Below, one piece after another: positions 19,786 to 29,998 of a stretch of DNA of 64,000 nt. Position 1 is the stretch's first letter. Every line of letters begins with the position of its first letter. Location: contig CAZGPH010000005.1 in the NCBI GenBank assembly GCA_964527965.1, forward strand, positions 16,395 to 80,394. Direction: 5' to 3'. The DNA is from an uncultured Marinoscillum sp. Lineage in GTDB: Bacteria; Bacteroidota; Bacteroidia; Cytophagales; MED-G16. The notes beneath the pieces were generated by a model. That model had not been told where the DNA came from, ran no database searches, and saw only the letters and a program-made list of their open reading frames with translations. Position numbers and translations under genes: made by a program.

Positions 19786-19790
19786 TGAAT

Positions 19791-20879
19791 ATGAAATTAA
19801 GTAAAATTATTGAATCTTTAGAGAAATGGGCTCCTCCAATTTACCAAGAGCATTATGATAATTCAGGCCTAATGGTTGGAGATAAGGAATCATCTATCAA
19901 TGGATGCCTTATTTCATTAGATTGTACAGAGAAGGTTGTCGAAGAAGCAATAAACAAGAATTGTAACCTCATTGTGTCTCATCACCCAATAATTTTTGGT
20001 GGAATAAATTCAGTAGACACTTCGCATTGGGCAGGAAGAGTGATAACTAAAGCAATCCAAAATAATATAAATATTTATGCAATCCATACCAATCTAGACA
20101 ACATTAAAGATGGAGTAAATAATAAAATATCTAATATTCTAAATTTAAAAAACATAAAATTTTTAAAAGCTAAAGAGGGTTTCTCTAAAAAATTAGAAAT
20201 TTATATACCAGAAAAGGATAAAGATAAGTTCTTAGATAAAATTTATGAAATAGGAGTTGGTCATATTGGAAAGTACAAAGAATGTTCATTTCAGCATAAA
20301 GGAAAAGGAACTTTTATTCCCCAAAAAGAATCTAACCCTTCTCAAGGATCAGTAAATAAGAAAGAAGAAATTGAAGAAATAAAATTAGAATTATTTTTTG
20401 ATTCTAAAGTAATGCACAATGTTGTGGATATTATCAACTCATCTCACCCATATGACGAACCTAATTACTTTATAACGGACTCATTGATAAAATCAAGAGA
20501 TGTAGGGTCAGGAATGATTGGAGATAGGAAAATTAAATTCAATGAGCTTCTAGAAGAACTAAAAGTAAAATTTGGATCTAAGTCAATAAAATACACTAAA
20601 ATACTTAATGAAGATATTAAGAAAATTGCTGTTTGTGGTGGATCAGGAAGTTTTCTTATTAATGATGCTATAAAAAAAGGAGCCGATGTATTTATTACAT
20701 CAGATTTTAAATATCATGATTTTTTTGAGGCTAATAATAAGATAGTATTAGTAGATATAGGACACTATGAAAGTGAACAGTTTACAAAAGATTTGATATT
20801 TGAATTTTTAAACAAAAATTTAATTAATATTGCACTTCATTTAACAGATGAGAACACAAATCCAATAAAATATTATTAA
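19791..20879 (+). CDS. Nif3-like dinuclear metal centre protein (YbgI/YqfO family)
   Basis: Contains LIVSHHPIIF, YAIHTNLDN and DIGHYESEQ, plus the mid-protein insert typical of long NIF3 forms. I prefer the ATG at 19791 (MKLSKIIESLEKWAP...) over the track's TTG at 19785. Confidence 0.8.
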   Translation: MKLSKIIESLEKWAPPIYQEHYDNSGLMVGDKESSINGCLISLDCTEKVVEEAINKNCNLIVSHHPIIFGGINSVDTSHWAGRVITKAIQNNINIYAIHTNLDNIKDGVNNKISNILNLKNIKFLKAKEGFSKKLEIYIPEKDKDKFLDKIYEIGVGHIGKYKECSFQHKGKGTFIPQKESNPSQGSVNKKEEIEEIKLELFFDSKVMHNVVDIINSSHPYDEPNYFITDSLIKSRDVGSGMIGDRKIKFNELLEELKVKFGSKSIKYTKILNEDIKKIAVCGGSGSFLINDAIKKGADVFITSDFKYHDFFEANNKIVLVDIGHYESEQFTKDLIFEFLNKNLINIALHLTDENTNPIKYY

Positions 20880-20883
20880 GTAA

Positions 20884-21693
20884 ATGGAACATAGCATAGA
20901 AAAAAAATTAGAGAATCTGCTAAAGTTACAAGAGATAGACTCTAAAATATTTGAAATAAAAAAAGTAAGAGGAGCTCTTCCTGAGGAGGTACAAGACCTA
21001 GAAGACGAATTAGTTGGTTATAACACTCGGTTAGACAACTTCAAATCAGATATAGATAATAAAAATAAGGATATTGATGACTTAAAAAACAAGACCAAAG
21101 ACGCTAAAAAACTTGTAAAGAAGTATAAAGAGCAACAGATGAATGTTAAAAACAACAGAGAATATGATGCTGTCTCAAAAGAAATTGAACTACAAGAGCT
21201 TGATTCAAAACTTTTTGTGAAAAGTGTTGGAGAAAATGAAGTGAAAATTGAGGAAATAAATGAGGAAATAAAATCTACAAAAAAAGTAATTAAAGAGAGA
21301 ACTCAAGTTTTAAAGTCTAAGAAAGCAGATTTAGATTTATTATCGAATGAAAGTAAAGAAGAAGAAAAAAAATTAGATACACTTAAAACTAAAGCCTCAA
21401 AAAAGATTGAACCTAGTTTATTATTATCTTATGAAAAACTTGTAAATAGACAGAGAAATGGCCTTGCTGTTGTAAAAGTTTCAAGAGGTGCTTGCGGAGG
21501 ATGTTTTAACATAGTACCACCACAAAGGCAAGCTGAAATTAAAGAGAAAAAGAAAATAATTCTCTGTGAATACTGTGGAAGAATACTTGCTGATGTTATT
21601 GTAGAAGAAGTAGTAGAAAAACCAAAGAAAAGAACTAAAAGAAAAACAACTACAAAGACAAAGAAAACTACTTCCAAAGCTGCAAAAAAGTAA
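20884..21693 (+). CDS. coiled-coil C4 zinc-ribbon protein (COG1579-like) with K/T-rich basic tail
   Basis: A long heptad-like coiled coil is followed by CGGC...(x19)...CEYC. This gene typically follows NIF3. The C-terminal tail is EKPKKRTKRKTTTKTKKTTSKAAKK. Confidence 0.7.
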   Translation: MEHSIEKKLENLLKLQEIDSKIFEIKKVRGALPEEVQDLEDELVGYNTRLDNFKSDIDNKNKDIDDLKNKTKDAKKLVKKYKEQQMNVKNNREYDAVSKEIELQELDSKLFVKSVGENEVKIEEINEEIKSTKKVIKERTQVLKSKKADLDLLSNESKEEEKKLDTLKTKASKKIEPSLLLSYEKLVNRQRNGLAVVKVSRGACGGCFNIVPPQRQAEIKEKKKIILCEYCGRILADVIVEEVVEKPKKRTKRKTTTKTKKTTSKAAKK

Positions 21694-21696
21694 GCT

Positions 21697-22290
21697 CTAG
21701 CTTATATGATTTCTTAGATTTTTAGCTACTATATTATATTTCTTATTATTATAATCAATTATATACACACCTGTATTAGAGTGAGTATACTTATCCATTT
21801 TAGTAAGATCATTATCAATTATTTTTGATAATAAAATCCTTAATGCTCTACCATGGATACATAACAAGACATTTTCATAACTTTCTTTAATAATCTTATC
21901 AAAACCTCTAACTAGCCTCTCTGACATTTCATTAGGAGATTCACCATTCTCAAACTTATTATCAAGATCACCCGATAACCATGAATTTATCAGTTCTTCA
22001 TATTCTTTTAAATCATCACTTTTTCCTTGATTTATCCCCCAACTTATCTCATTAAATTCCTTTAATTTTTTGCAAGGAATACCTGCCTCAGTAAATCTTC
22101 TAACAGTCTGATAAGTTCTCTTAAGAGCTGAGACATATACCATATCAAATGGAATAGATTTATAATAATCATAGAAAAGAGAGGACTGGTTATCTCCAAA
22201 CTTATTGATATCACTATCAACTTCTGAACCTTGTATTATACCCTTTTTATTGTACTCAGTCTGCGCATGACGCATTATATACAATCTCAT
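21697..22290 (-). CDS. histidine phosphatase (phosphoglycerate-mutase-like) family protein
   Basis: The N-terminal MRHAQTEYN is the RHG-type catalytic motif, and the second His lies in LCIHGRALR. The start overlaps the upstream stop (TAATG at 22288-22292). Confidence 0.75.
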   Translation of the reverse strand: MRLYIMRHAQTEYNKKGIIQGSEVDSDINKFGDNQSSLFYDYYKSIPFDMVYVSALKRTYQTVRRFTEAGIPCKKLKEFNEISWGINQGKSDDLKEYEELINSWLSGDLDNKFENGESPNEMSERLVRGFDKIIKESYENVLLCIHGRALRILLSKIIDNDLTKMDKYTHSNTGVYIIDYNNKKYNIVAKNLRNHIS

Positions 22291-23627
22291 TAAACAAAAA
22301 ATAGGTTAAGTGAGACTATATAAAAAACTGTGAATAGAGTTTGTAAAATGATAGTATTTATATTTGATTTCACAAGCTCTCTACTCTCATAGTTCTTCCA
22401 TAGATTAATAAAAATAAAAAGACCAAATAAATACAATACAGAATTACCAATCAAGAATACATTTTTATCAAAATATTGATGGGTGTTAAGTAAATCTGTT
22501 AGGTAGACTGATGAATAAAATGCTAACGACAAAATAACCAAATAACCCCATCTAGCAGCTTTTTTACCAAATGTTACAACAAGATGATTCTTTCCAGTTG
22601 ATGCATCACTTGCTGCGTCAGGAAATTGATTAATATATAAAATATTTGTAGTCAACAATCCAAATGGAACACCAAGTGAGAGAAGCATGTAAAACTCAGT
22701 TGAAAATAGATTAATAGTTTCTGAAGATATAGCATAACCAGTACCTAGTGTTAGCAGAGGACCAAAAGCAAGAAAAATAGCAAGTTCTCCCAAACCTCTT
22801 CTCGCAACTAGCCTTAGTGGTCTAGCAGTATAGAAATAACCTAAAAATAGACCGATTAAGCCAACACCTAATGCACCTTTAATATTTTCAACTGAACCTG
22901 TTACACTGAAAATATTATAAAATAAAATGGATGCTAATACTAAAGATGAAATTAGAAGAGCTGTCGCTACTGTTTTGGTTTTATTTAAAGTTATTATACC
23001 TAATTCTATAGCCCTACTCCCTCCTGTTATTGCAGCTCCACCAGGTTGGAAATATTCGTTATTAGCCTCATCTGTACCATCACTTACATCAAAATAGTCA
23101 TTAAATACATTGGAAGCTAAATGTAGAAATAATACCCCTATTACGGCTAATACTAGACTAGCAACATTAAACAAACCATCTCCAATACCAGCATAGTACG
23201 ATGCTATAGCAAACATTGGAAGAGTTGAGGCGCTTGTAAATGGTATCCTTGTAATGGCTACACCTTTAATTATTTTTGTAGAAAGGTTAATTGGTACTTC
23301 AACATTTTCACTAATGACTTCTGTAACACCACAATATCCTGTTTGCGCATTACTTTTTCCATCAGCAAATGTTGGCCTTATACTTATTTTTGCATTTATT
23401 TTAGACCCATCCTTATTTAAAAAATAAGTTTTACCAACATATTCACCTAATTTATCAGCAGTTGCTAACCAATTAGCAACATTTTGGATAACAATTTCTC
23501 CAGGTGAAAAAATTGATACTCTTTTCTTTCCAACAATTTCATCTTTTTCATAGCCAAAAATCTTTACTGCATCGTCATTCATGGTAAGAACTCTACCCTC
23601 CATATCACAGGTTATAACACTTTTCAT
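22290..23627 (-). CDS. PAS domain fused to UbiA/MenA-type integral-membrane prenyltransferase
   Basis: Residues 1 to about 110 are PAS-like (ITCDMEGRVLTMNDDAVKIFGYEKDEIVGKKRVSIFSPGE ... NKDGSKINAKISIRP). About 8 TM helices follow. The Asp-rich motifs are NVFNDYFDVSDGTDEAN (MenA-like NDYFD) and INQFPDAASDASTGKNHL. Confidence 0.7.
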   Translation of the reverse strand: MKSVITCDMEGRVLTMNDDAVKIFGYEKDEIVGKKRVSIFSPGEIVIQNVANWLATADKLGEYVGKTYFLNKDGSKINAKISIRPTFADGKSNAQTGYCGVTEVISENVEVPINLSTKIIKGVAITRIPFTSASTLPMFAIASYYAGIGDGLFNVASLVLAVIGVLFLHLASNVFNDYFDVSDGTDEANNEYFQPGGAAITGGSRAIELGIITLNKTKTVATALLISSLVLASILFYNIFSVTGSVENIKGALGVGLIGLFLGYFYTARPLRLVARRGLGELAIFLAFGPLLTLGTGYAISSETINLFSTEFYMLLSLGVPFGLLTTNILYINQFPDAASDASTGKNHLVVTFGKKAARWGYLVILSLAFYSSVYLTDLLNTHQYFDKNVFLIGNSVLYLFGLFIFINLWKNYESRELVKSNINTIILQTLFTVFYIVSLNLFFV

Positions 23628-23706
23628 ATTATCTATTTTAAGTTTATTTAATGTTCACAATTCTATATACTGAATAAATGAATTTTAGTTCAAATATTTC
23701 CGTAAT

Positions 23707-24492
23707 TTAAATCTTTTTTTTATTCTGTTTATCTAAAATTTTAATCATTCCATCTAATGTCAAGGTTGGAATTATATCATGAAAAAATCCTTTTAATGGT
23801 TTTGCAAATTTAGATAGACCCCCTGTGGCAACAACTTTTGTTTTTCCACTTAATTCAGTTTTAATTTTATCAATCATTTCCCTTATAAGTCCAACATAAC
23901 CGAACATAATACCACTTTGAATAGAATGAATAGTATTTTTTCCAATTACTTTATCAGGTAGTATAATATCTATAGAAGGTAATTTAGCAGTATTCTTATA
24001 AAGAGAATTGATTGCTGTCTGTAATCCTGGGACAATATTAACTCCAAGAATATGATTTGACTTTGAAACAACTGTAAAAGTGAGAGCAGTTCCAAAATCA
24101 ATGACTATTACATTTTCATTATACATACTAGATGCCTCTACTGCATTACATACTAGATCGGATCCAATCTCGTTTACATCATCTATTTTTATCTTTACAA
24201 GATTTACTTTCGAAGGTTTTACGATGAAAATATCTTCACATAGAATATCATTACAAGATAATCTTACAACATCGGTTAGAGTAGGAACCACACTACTTAT
24301 GACTACTTTCTCAACATTTGAAGGATTAAAATCATTAAGAGAAATAATTTTTTGAAGTTTATTTTTGAAAGTCCAGTAGGTTATGTTCTTTCTAGAGCTA
24401 AGTCTATATATTTTTTCCCATTTACCATCTACATATAGCCCAATAACAACATTAGAATTACCTATATCAACTGCAACCTTAATCTTTTTCAT
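23707..24492 (-). CDS. coaX: type III pantothenate kinase
   Basis: Contains VAVDIGNSNVVIG, IDFGTALTF and VATGG, which are the ASKHA-fold motifs of CoaX. Confidence 0.8.
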   Translation of the reverse strand: MKKIKVAVDIGNSNVVIGLYVDGKWEKIYRLSSRKNITYWTFKNKLQKIISLNDFNPSNVEKVVISSVVPTLTDVVRLSCNDILCEDIFIVKPSKVNLVKIKIDDVNEIGSDLVCNAVEASSMYNENVIVIDFGTALTFTVVSKSNHILGVNIVPGLQTAINSLYKNTAKLPSIDIILPDKVIGKNTIHSIQSGIMFGYVGLIREMIDKIKTELSGKTKVVATGGLSKFAKPLKGFFHDIIPTLTLDGMIKILDKQNKKKI

Positions 24493-27130
24493 TAAATAAA
24501 TTTAATTGGTCCGAGTCTAGGTCAAGTTCTAAAGATTCTCCTACATCAAAATTTTCTTGATTTGACTCTTCATTATCCTTTACATTTTTATTCTGAGATA
24601 ATACCTTATCTTCATTTTTTTCTACGGGAGTAATCTCATCCCTCTTTGAGAATGTGAAAGTACCTGATCTTATCTTATCAAAATTTATTTTATTACCAAT
24701 AGATTTCCATCCTTTAATATCAATAAATTCATCTAAATTGATTTCAGTTGGTTGAAGTTTCTTATTTCTAAAGTATTTAAATGAGATCGTTTCTCCAGAT
24801 TTAAAAGATGCATACTCTAACTTTGATCCTTTCTCTTGAGAAATAAATAAAAACTTCTTATTCATGGTATTAGTTTCTATGTTAAATCTCTTTACATAAT
24901 AATTTTTTAGTTTTCCATCATAATATGCAGCAGACATAATCCCATTATCCATATACTTATCAAGAAAAAGAATATTATTCCAGTCATACCTATTAGTTAA
25001 CTCAAAAGATGTTAACTCATAATTTCCATCTTTATAAACTGCAATAATCATATCATCTCCATTAAATTTTCCTAAGTACTCTCCTCTTTGCTCAGTATTT
25101 AACCTTCCGATAGAATTATCATAATAAATTTTAATACCAGATAAAGTCGATAAGCCAACACTTTTCTCCTTAACTGCCCTGACCCTGTACTTTGATAATA
25201 TATTTCCTCTTGCTGCCTTACCCTTTATTTCTATTTCTGAGTAATCGTAATCAAATACTTTTTTTCTTGCTTTTTGTGATGCATGAATATGTACAGTTAC
25301 CACCTCAGACTCACCATTAGGTCTAGAAGCGATATAAAGAAGTTTTGATCCCTTATCTCCCTTCCCTAGACTATAAATCTTTTCTTTTGTCGCTGAAGTT
25401 ACCTGAAATCTTTTCACATAAGAAAAGCCTTTCTTTAGATCAAGATATGCAGCATTAAATACCATTCTCTTATCGCTTTTCTTCCATATTTGTGTTAGAA
25501 CAATATTTTTACCAACAAAGACCTTATCCTGAATTTTAACAATTTTATAGGAACCATCAGCACAGAAAGATATTATATCATCAATATCTGAACAGTTACA
25601 AACAAATTCTTCCTTCTTTATACCAAAACCTATAAAACCTTCTTTTCTGTTAACATATAGTTTCACATTATTAGCAGCAACAGATTTAACTTTTATTGTA
25701 TCAAATTTCACTATATCTGTCTTCCTCTCTCTACCCTTCCCATACTTATTAAGAATATTATAATAATAGTCAATAGTATAATCTACTAAATTTTTAAGGT
25801 TCTTATTAGTTTTATTTAGCTCCTCATTTAATTTAACTAATGAATCGTTTAATCTTTCTTTATCAAATTTTGATATCCTCTTAATTTTGATCTCAGTAAG
25901 TCTTATAATATCTTCCTTAATTATCTCCCTGTAGAATTCTTTTTTATACGGTTTTAGGCCATTATCTATTGTTTCAATGACTTGATTCCATGTCTCACAA
26001 TCTTCAATTTTTTGATATATTTTATTTTCAATAAATATTCTCTCAAGAGTTGAAAATAGAATTTTTTCTTTTAGTTCATCTCTCCTAATCTCTAGCTCCT
26101 TCTTTAATAAATTCTTGGTTGACTCAGCAGAGTATTTTAGTATTTCTTTTACTCCAAGAAATTCTGGTTTCTCCTTTACAATTACACATGCATTAGGTGA
26201 TACTGACACCTCACAGTCTGTGAAAGCATAAAGAGCATCAATAGTAATGCTGGGTGACTGATTTTTATGTAAATGGACTAAAATTTCTACTTTTTCTGCT
26301 GTATTATCAACTACCTTCCTAATCTTAATTTTACCTTTATCATTAGCCTTAATAATAGAGTCTATTAAGCTAGTTGTAGTTGTATTATAAGGAATATCAT
26401 CTATTACAAGAGTGGACTTATCAAACTCTCTAATTTTTGATCTTACTCTGATTTTTCCACCTCTCTTTCCATCATTATAATCCGTTATATCAACCATACC
26501 ACCATTAGGGAAGTCAGGATACAACTTAAATGATTTTCCTTTTAAATAAGAAATTGACGACTTGATTAGCTCACAAAAATTATGTGGCATTATCTTAGTA
26601 GATAAACCTACCGCGATACCTTCTACCCCCTGAGCAAGGAGTAAAGGAAACTTGACCGGTAAGTTAGTAGGTTCTTTTTTTCTACCATCATATGAAAGCT
26701 TCCATAATGTAGTCTTTTCATTAAAAAGAGTTTCAAGACCAAATTTTGATATTCTTGCCTCAATATATCTAGATGCTGCTGCTTTATCACCTGTCCTAAC
26801 ATCACCCCAGTTACCTTGAGTATCTATAAGTAAATCTTTCTGACCTAAATTCACTAGGGCATCTTCTATTGATGCGTCTCCATGTGGATGGAATTGCATG
26901 CTACTCCCAATAATATTGGCACACTTATTATACCTTCCGTCCTCAATGTTATTCATAGAATGAAGAATCCTTCTCTGCACTGGTTTTAGACCATCATCTA
27001 TAGAGGGGATAGCTCTTTCAAGTATAACATAGGAGGCATAATCTAAGAACCAATCCTCGTAAAGATCAGATACTGGATTATCATTTGATATTGATCCATC
27101 TAGTTCTTTATTAATTTTATCCTCACTCAT
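24479..27130 (-). CDS. parC: DNA topoisomerase IV subunit A
   Basis: Contains [14 protein letters not shown] and HPHGD, and the active-site Tyr context is [11 protein letters not shown]. It lies directly downstream of parE with a 4-nt overlap. The length (883 aa) matches Bacteroidota ParC. Confidence 0.8.
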   Translation of the reverse strand: MSEDKINKELDGSISNDNPVSDLYEDWFLDYASYVILERAIPSIDDGLKPVQRRILHSMNNIEDGRYNKCANIIGSSMQFHPHGDASIEDALVNLGQKDLLIDTQGNWGDVRTGDKAAASRYIEARISKFGLETLFNEKTTLWKLSYDGRKKEPTNLPVKFPLLLAQGVEGIAVGLSTKIMPHNFCELIKSSISYLKGKSFKLYPDFPNGGMVDITDYNDGKRGGKIRVRSKIREFDKSTLVIDDIPYNTTTTSLIDSIIKANDKGKIKIRKVVDNTAEKVEILVHLHKNQSPSITIDALYAFTDCEVSVSPNACVIVKEKPEFLGVKEILKYSAESTKNLLKKELEIRRDELKEKILFSTLERIFIENKIYQKIEDCETWNQVIETIDNGLKPYKKEFYREIIKEDIIRLTEIKIKRISKFDKERLNDSLVKLNEELNKTNKNLKNLVDYTIDYYYNILNKYGKGRERKTDIVKFDTIKVKSVAANNVKLYVNRKEGFIGFGIKKEEFVCNCSDIDDIISFCADGSYKIVKIQDKVFVGKNIVLTQIWKKSDKRMVFNAAYLDLKKGFSYVKRFQVTSATKEKIYSLGKGDKGSKLLYIASRPNGESEVVTVHIHASQKARKKVFDYDYSEIEIKGKAARGNILSKYRVRAVKEKSVGLSTLSGIKIYYDNSIGRLNTEQRGEYLGKFNGDDMIIAVYKDGNYELTSFELTNRYDWNNILFLDKYMDNGIMSAAYYDGKLKNYYVKRFNIETNTMNKKFLFISQEKGSKLEYASFKSGETISFKYFRNKKLQPTEINLDEFIDIKGWKSIGNKINFDKIRSGTFTFSKRDEITPVEKNEDKVLSQNKNVKDNEESNQENFDVGESLELDLDSDQLNLFNEKD

Positions 27131-28992
27131 TCTTTAACGTCAATTAAATCTTTCTCTACTCTTAACTTCTCTATAATAAACTCTTGTCTCTGCTGTGTAT
27201 TTTTACCCATGTAAAAAGAAAGCAGTTCATTAATCTTAGACTTTCTGTTAAGAATTATTGGCTCAAGCCTTATATCATCTCCAATAAAATTTTTAAATTC
27301 AGAAGGAGAAATTTCACCAAGACCTTTAAACCTCGTAATTTCAGGGTTTTTCCCAATTTCTTCTACAGCTTTATTTCTTTCTTCGTCATCATAACAGTAA
27401 AATGTTTTTTTCTTATTTCTTACTCTAAACAGAGGAGTCTCTAGAATATAAACATGTCCCATCTTCACGAGGTCTGGAAAGAACTGTAAAAAATATGTTA
27501 AAAGAAGTAATCTTATGTGCATTCCATCAACATCTGCGTCAGTAGCTATTATTATCTTATTATACCTTAAACCTTCTAAGCCATCCTCAATATTTAAAGC
27601 GTGCTGGAGGAGATTGAATTCCTCATTTTCATATACTATCTTCTTAGTATGACCAAAACAGTTAAAAGGCTTACCCCTAAGACTAAAAACTGCCTGTGTT
27701 TGAACATTTCTAGACTTTGTAATTGACCCACTTGCTGAATCACCCTCCGTTATAAAAACCATAGAATTACCTTTTATTTCGTCGTCTCCCCTCTTATCGT
27801 TTAGATGAACTCTACAGTCTCTTAACTTTTTATTATGGACCTTAGCCTTTTTTGCTCTTTCGTTTGCTAATTTTTTAATTCCAGCTATCTCTTTCCTCTC
27901 CCTCTCTGATTGGAGGATTCTCTTCTGGAGTGCCTGAGCCGTCTCTGGATTTTTATGCAGGTAGTTGTCCAGCTCTTTCTTTACAAAATCATTTACAAAT
28001 GATCTGACAGTCTGACCTTTTGGACTTATGTTTAGAGATCCTAATTTTGTCTTTGTCTGTGACTCGAACACTGGCTCTTGTACTCTAATAGCTACTGCAC
28101 CTGCTACACTAGCTCTGATATCTGTAGCGTCATAGTCTTTCTTATAATATTCTCTCACCGCCTTTACAATACCCTCCTTAAATGCTGCTAGATGAGTTCC
28201 TCCTTGAGTTGTGTACTGTCCATTAACAAATGAGTAGTATTCTTCACCATAATTGTTTGTATGTGTCAAAGAACACTCAATATCTTGACCTTTAAAATGT
28301 ATTATAGGGTATCTTATTGATTCTACGTCAGTCTTATTTTCTAGTAGATCAAGAAGTCCGTTCTCTGAGTGATACTTTTTACCATTGTAGTTAAGCGTAA
28401 GTCCAGAATTTAAGTAAGCATAATTCCATATCTGATCCTCAAGATATTCTGGTATATAATTATAATTTTTAAATATAGAGTTATCAGGCTCAAACATTAT
28501 AAAAGTACCATTTCTTTCCTCTGTAGAGTGGATGTCTTTATCTGATGTAGTTATTCCCCTCTCAAACTCTGCATTTTTTGTTTCTCCTTCTCTAAATGAT
28601 TCTATATGAAACTTGGTAGATAAAGCATTCACTGCCTTAAGTCCCACTCCATTTAATCCTACTGATTTCTGGAATGCCTCAGAATCATATTTACCACCGG
28701 TATTTATCTTTGACACACAGTCAATAACTTTACCAAGAGGAATTCCTCTACCGTAATCTCTTACCTCAACCTTATGGTCTCTGACTTTAATCTTTATGAC
28801 TTTCCCATGTCCCATAAGATGTTCATCTATGGAGTTGTCTATAACCTCTTTTATAAGTACATATATACCATCATCTTTAGCAGACCCATCACCCAATTTC
28901 CCGATGTACATACCTGGACGAGTTCGTATATGTTCCTTCCAATCTAATGACTTTATACTATCCTCAGTGTACGTGTTTTTCTTATTTTCCAT
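27127..28992 (-). CDS. parE: DNA topoisomerase IV subunit B
   Basis: GHKL ATPase motifs are EVIDNSIDE and [12 protein letters not shown]. The Toprim motif is [10 protein letters not shown], and [12 protein letters not shown] is also present. At 621 aa it is shorter than typical GyrB. Confidence 0.8.
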   Translation of the reverse strand: MENKKNTYTEDSIKSLDWKEHIRTRPGMYIGKLGDGSAKDDGIYVLIKEVIDNSIDEHLMGHGKVIKIKVRDHKVEVRDYGRGIPLGKVIDCVSKINTGGKYDSEAFQKSVGLNGVGLKAVNALSTKFHIESFREGETKNAEFERGITTSDKDIHSTEERNGTFIMFEPDNSIFKNYNYIPEYLEDQIWNYAYLNSGLTLNYNGKKYHSENGLLDLLENKTDVESIRYPIIHFKGQDIECSLTHTNNYGEEYYSFVNGQYTTQGGTHLAAFKEGIVKAVREYYKKDYDATDIRASVAGAVAIRVQEPVFESQTKTKLGSLNISPKGQTVRSFVNDFVKKELDNYLHKNPETAQALQKRILQSERERKEIAGIKKLANERAKKAKVHNKKLRDCRVHLNDKRGDDEIKGNSMVFITEGDSASGSITKSRNVQTQAVFSLRGKPFNCFGHTKKIVYENEEFNLLQHALNIEDGLEGLRYNKIIIATDADVDGMHIRLLLLTYFLQFFPDLVKMGHVYILETPLFRVRNKKKTFYCYDDEERNKAVEEIGKNPEITRFKGLGEISPSEFKNFIGDDIRLEPIILNRKSKINELLSFYMGKNTQQRQEFIIEKLRVEKDLIDVKE

Positions 28993-29010
28993 TAAGGAAT
29001 TAAATATAAG

Positions 29011-29036
29011 AATGAATTACAATAAATTCATTTTTT
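29011..29036. terminator. candidate AT-rich hairpin between the adhesin operon and parE
   Basis: AATGAATT-ACAATA-AATTCATT forms a perfect 8-bp inverted repeat with a 6-nt loop. An A-run and a T-run flank it on the two sides. It lies in the 46-bp gap between the PorP/SprF stop and the parE start. The stem is weak and almost all A/T. Confidence 0.3.
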
Positions 29037-29038
29037 AA

Positions 29039-29998
29039 CTAAAAAATATCGAAAGCTTTTAGCCTAATAGAGTAAATTGGGACATTATTTCTTACATTAT
29101 CCCCAATAAAGTTATTTATAAAAATTTCTATTGATGTCTTATCGTAAAAGTTAAGAGCAACACCTGCAAAAACCTCAACTAGATCTCGAGAACCACCCAT
29201 TACCGAAATGTTTCCAGAAAGAGGGATTTTAGCTCCAAAAGAATAGAAATTTGGTTCGTCATCAATAATTACATAGTTACCACTAAGCGAAAGTATACTT
29301 TCTCCGATAGGTACATCATATGATACTGTGGCTATAGTAGCATTTCCAAAAGGATCAAATTTACCCTCTTGATAACTATATTTTTCTTCGCTAGTTAGGG
29401 CAACTTTTGAAGAGATTCCTATCAAAAAATTTCTTGTGTATACAGTAATTCCTGGAGTAATTCCAAATAATGATTGTTTAAATCCACTATTTGACCAGTT
29501 CTGATAAAGTGGATCAGAAGTATCCCATGCTAGAAGATTAAACTTATCTTGAGAGAATGATGCTTTCATAGCAAACATTACATTCATTTCTCTATTAAGT
29601 TGTTGTCTATAACCAAATGTTAAACCAGCTGAAAGTCTTCTAAAAATATCATTTGAGTAATTCAATAAGTCAATACTTGTCTGGAAGTGATTATTAGTAA
29701 TCCTCTGAGAATTTCTTGTTCCACTGTTACTTGAGAAGTATCCTGGAGCGGGACAATATATCATATTATCTGTCATCCTAAAACTTGCAGAAGCATAACT
29801 TAGGGCAGAGTTAAACCTTGATCCTCTGAGTGATCTTGTGTCAAGAATTGTCAGGGAATTTCTTCCATCAATTCCGGATAGAGCTGGATTTACCAATATG
29901 TTATTGTCTGATGCACGAAGTATCTCTACATACTCCTGAGAGTAAGAAGTCAAGAAGGTAAAAAAACTAAGAAATAGTATTACAAATTTTTTCATCAT
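29039..29998 (-). CDS. PorP/SprF-family type IX secretion system outer-membrane protein (copy 2)
   Basis: Has a signal peptide ending in SYSQ and an early NPALSG motif. The beta-barrel-like periodicity, the size of about 320 aa and the position immediately downstream of type-B CTD cargo (4-nt overlap) all fit. Confidence 0.7.
   Translation of the reverse strand: MMKKFVILFLSFFTFLTSYSQEYVEILRASDNNILVNPALSGIDGRNSLTILDTRSLRGSRFNSALSYASASFRMTDNMIYCPAPGYFSSNSGTRNSQRITNNHFQTSIDLLNYSNDIFRRLSAGLTFGYRQQLNREMNVMFAMKASFSQDKFNLLAWDTSDPLYQNWSNSGFKQSLFGITPGITVYTRNFLIGISSKVALTSEEKYSYQEGKFDPFGNATIATVSYDVPIGESILSLSGNYVIIDDEPNFYSFGAKIPLSGNISVMGGSRDLVEVFAGVALNFYDKTSIEIFINNFIGDNVRNNVPIYSIRLKAFDIF

Noticed and set aside
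21688-21705. A possible bidirectional terminator hairpin TAAGC-TCTA-GCTTA at the convergent junction between the zinc-ribbon gene and the histidine phosphatase gene.
   Set aside because: The stem is only 5 bp, there is no adjacent U-run, and the hairpin overlaps both stop regions. This is too weak to call.
23628-23706. A candidate Bacteroidota promoter (TTG ... TAGAATTG) in the 79-bp gap upstream of the PAS-prenyltransferase gene.
   Set aside because: It is only a partial match to TAnnTTTG and the spacing to the TTG is non-standard. Many similar strings occur by chance in AT-rich DNA, so I do not report it as a feature.
24479-28992. The alternative reading of the topoisomerase pair as gyrB/gyrA.
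   Set aside because: The B subunit is short (621 aa), the A subunit is long (883 aa), and the two genes are adjacent and overlapping. In my recollection this pattern is typical of Bacteroidota parE-parC, whereas gyrA and gyrB are usually unlinked. It is not proven without a phylogeny.
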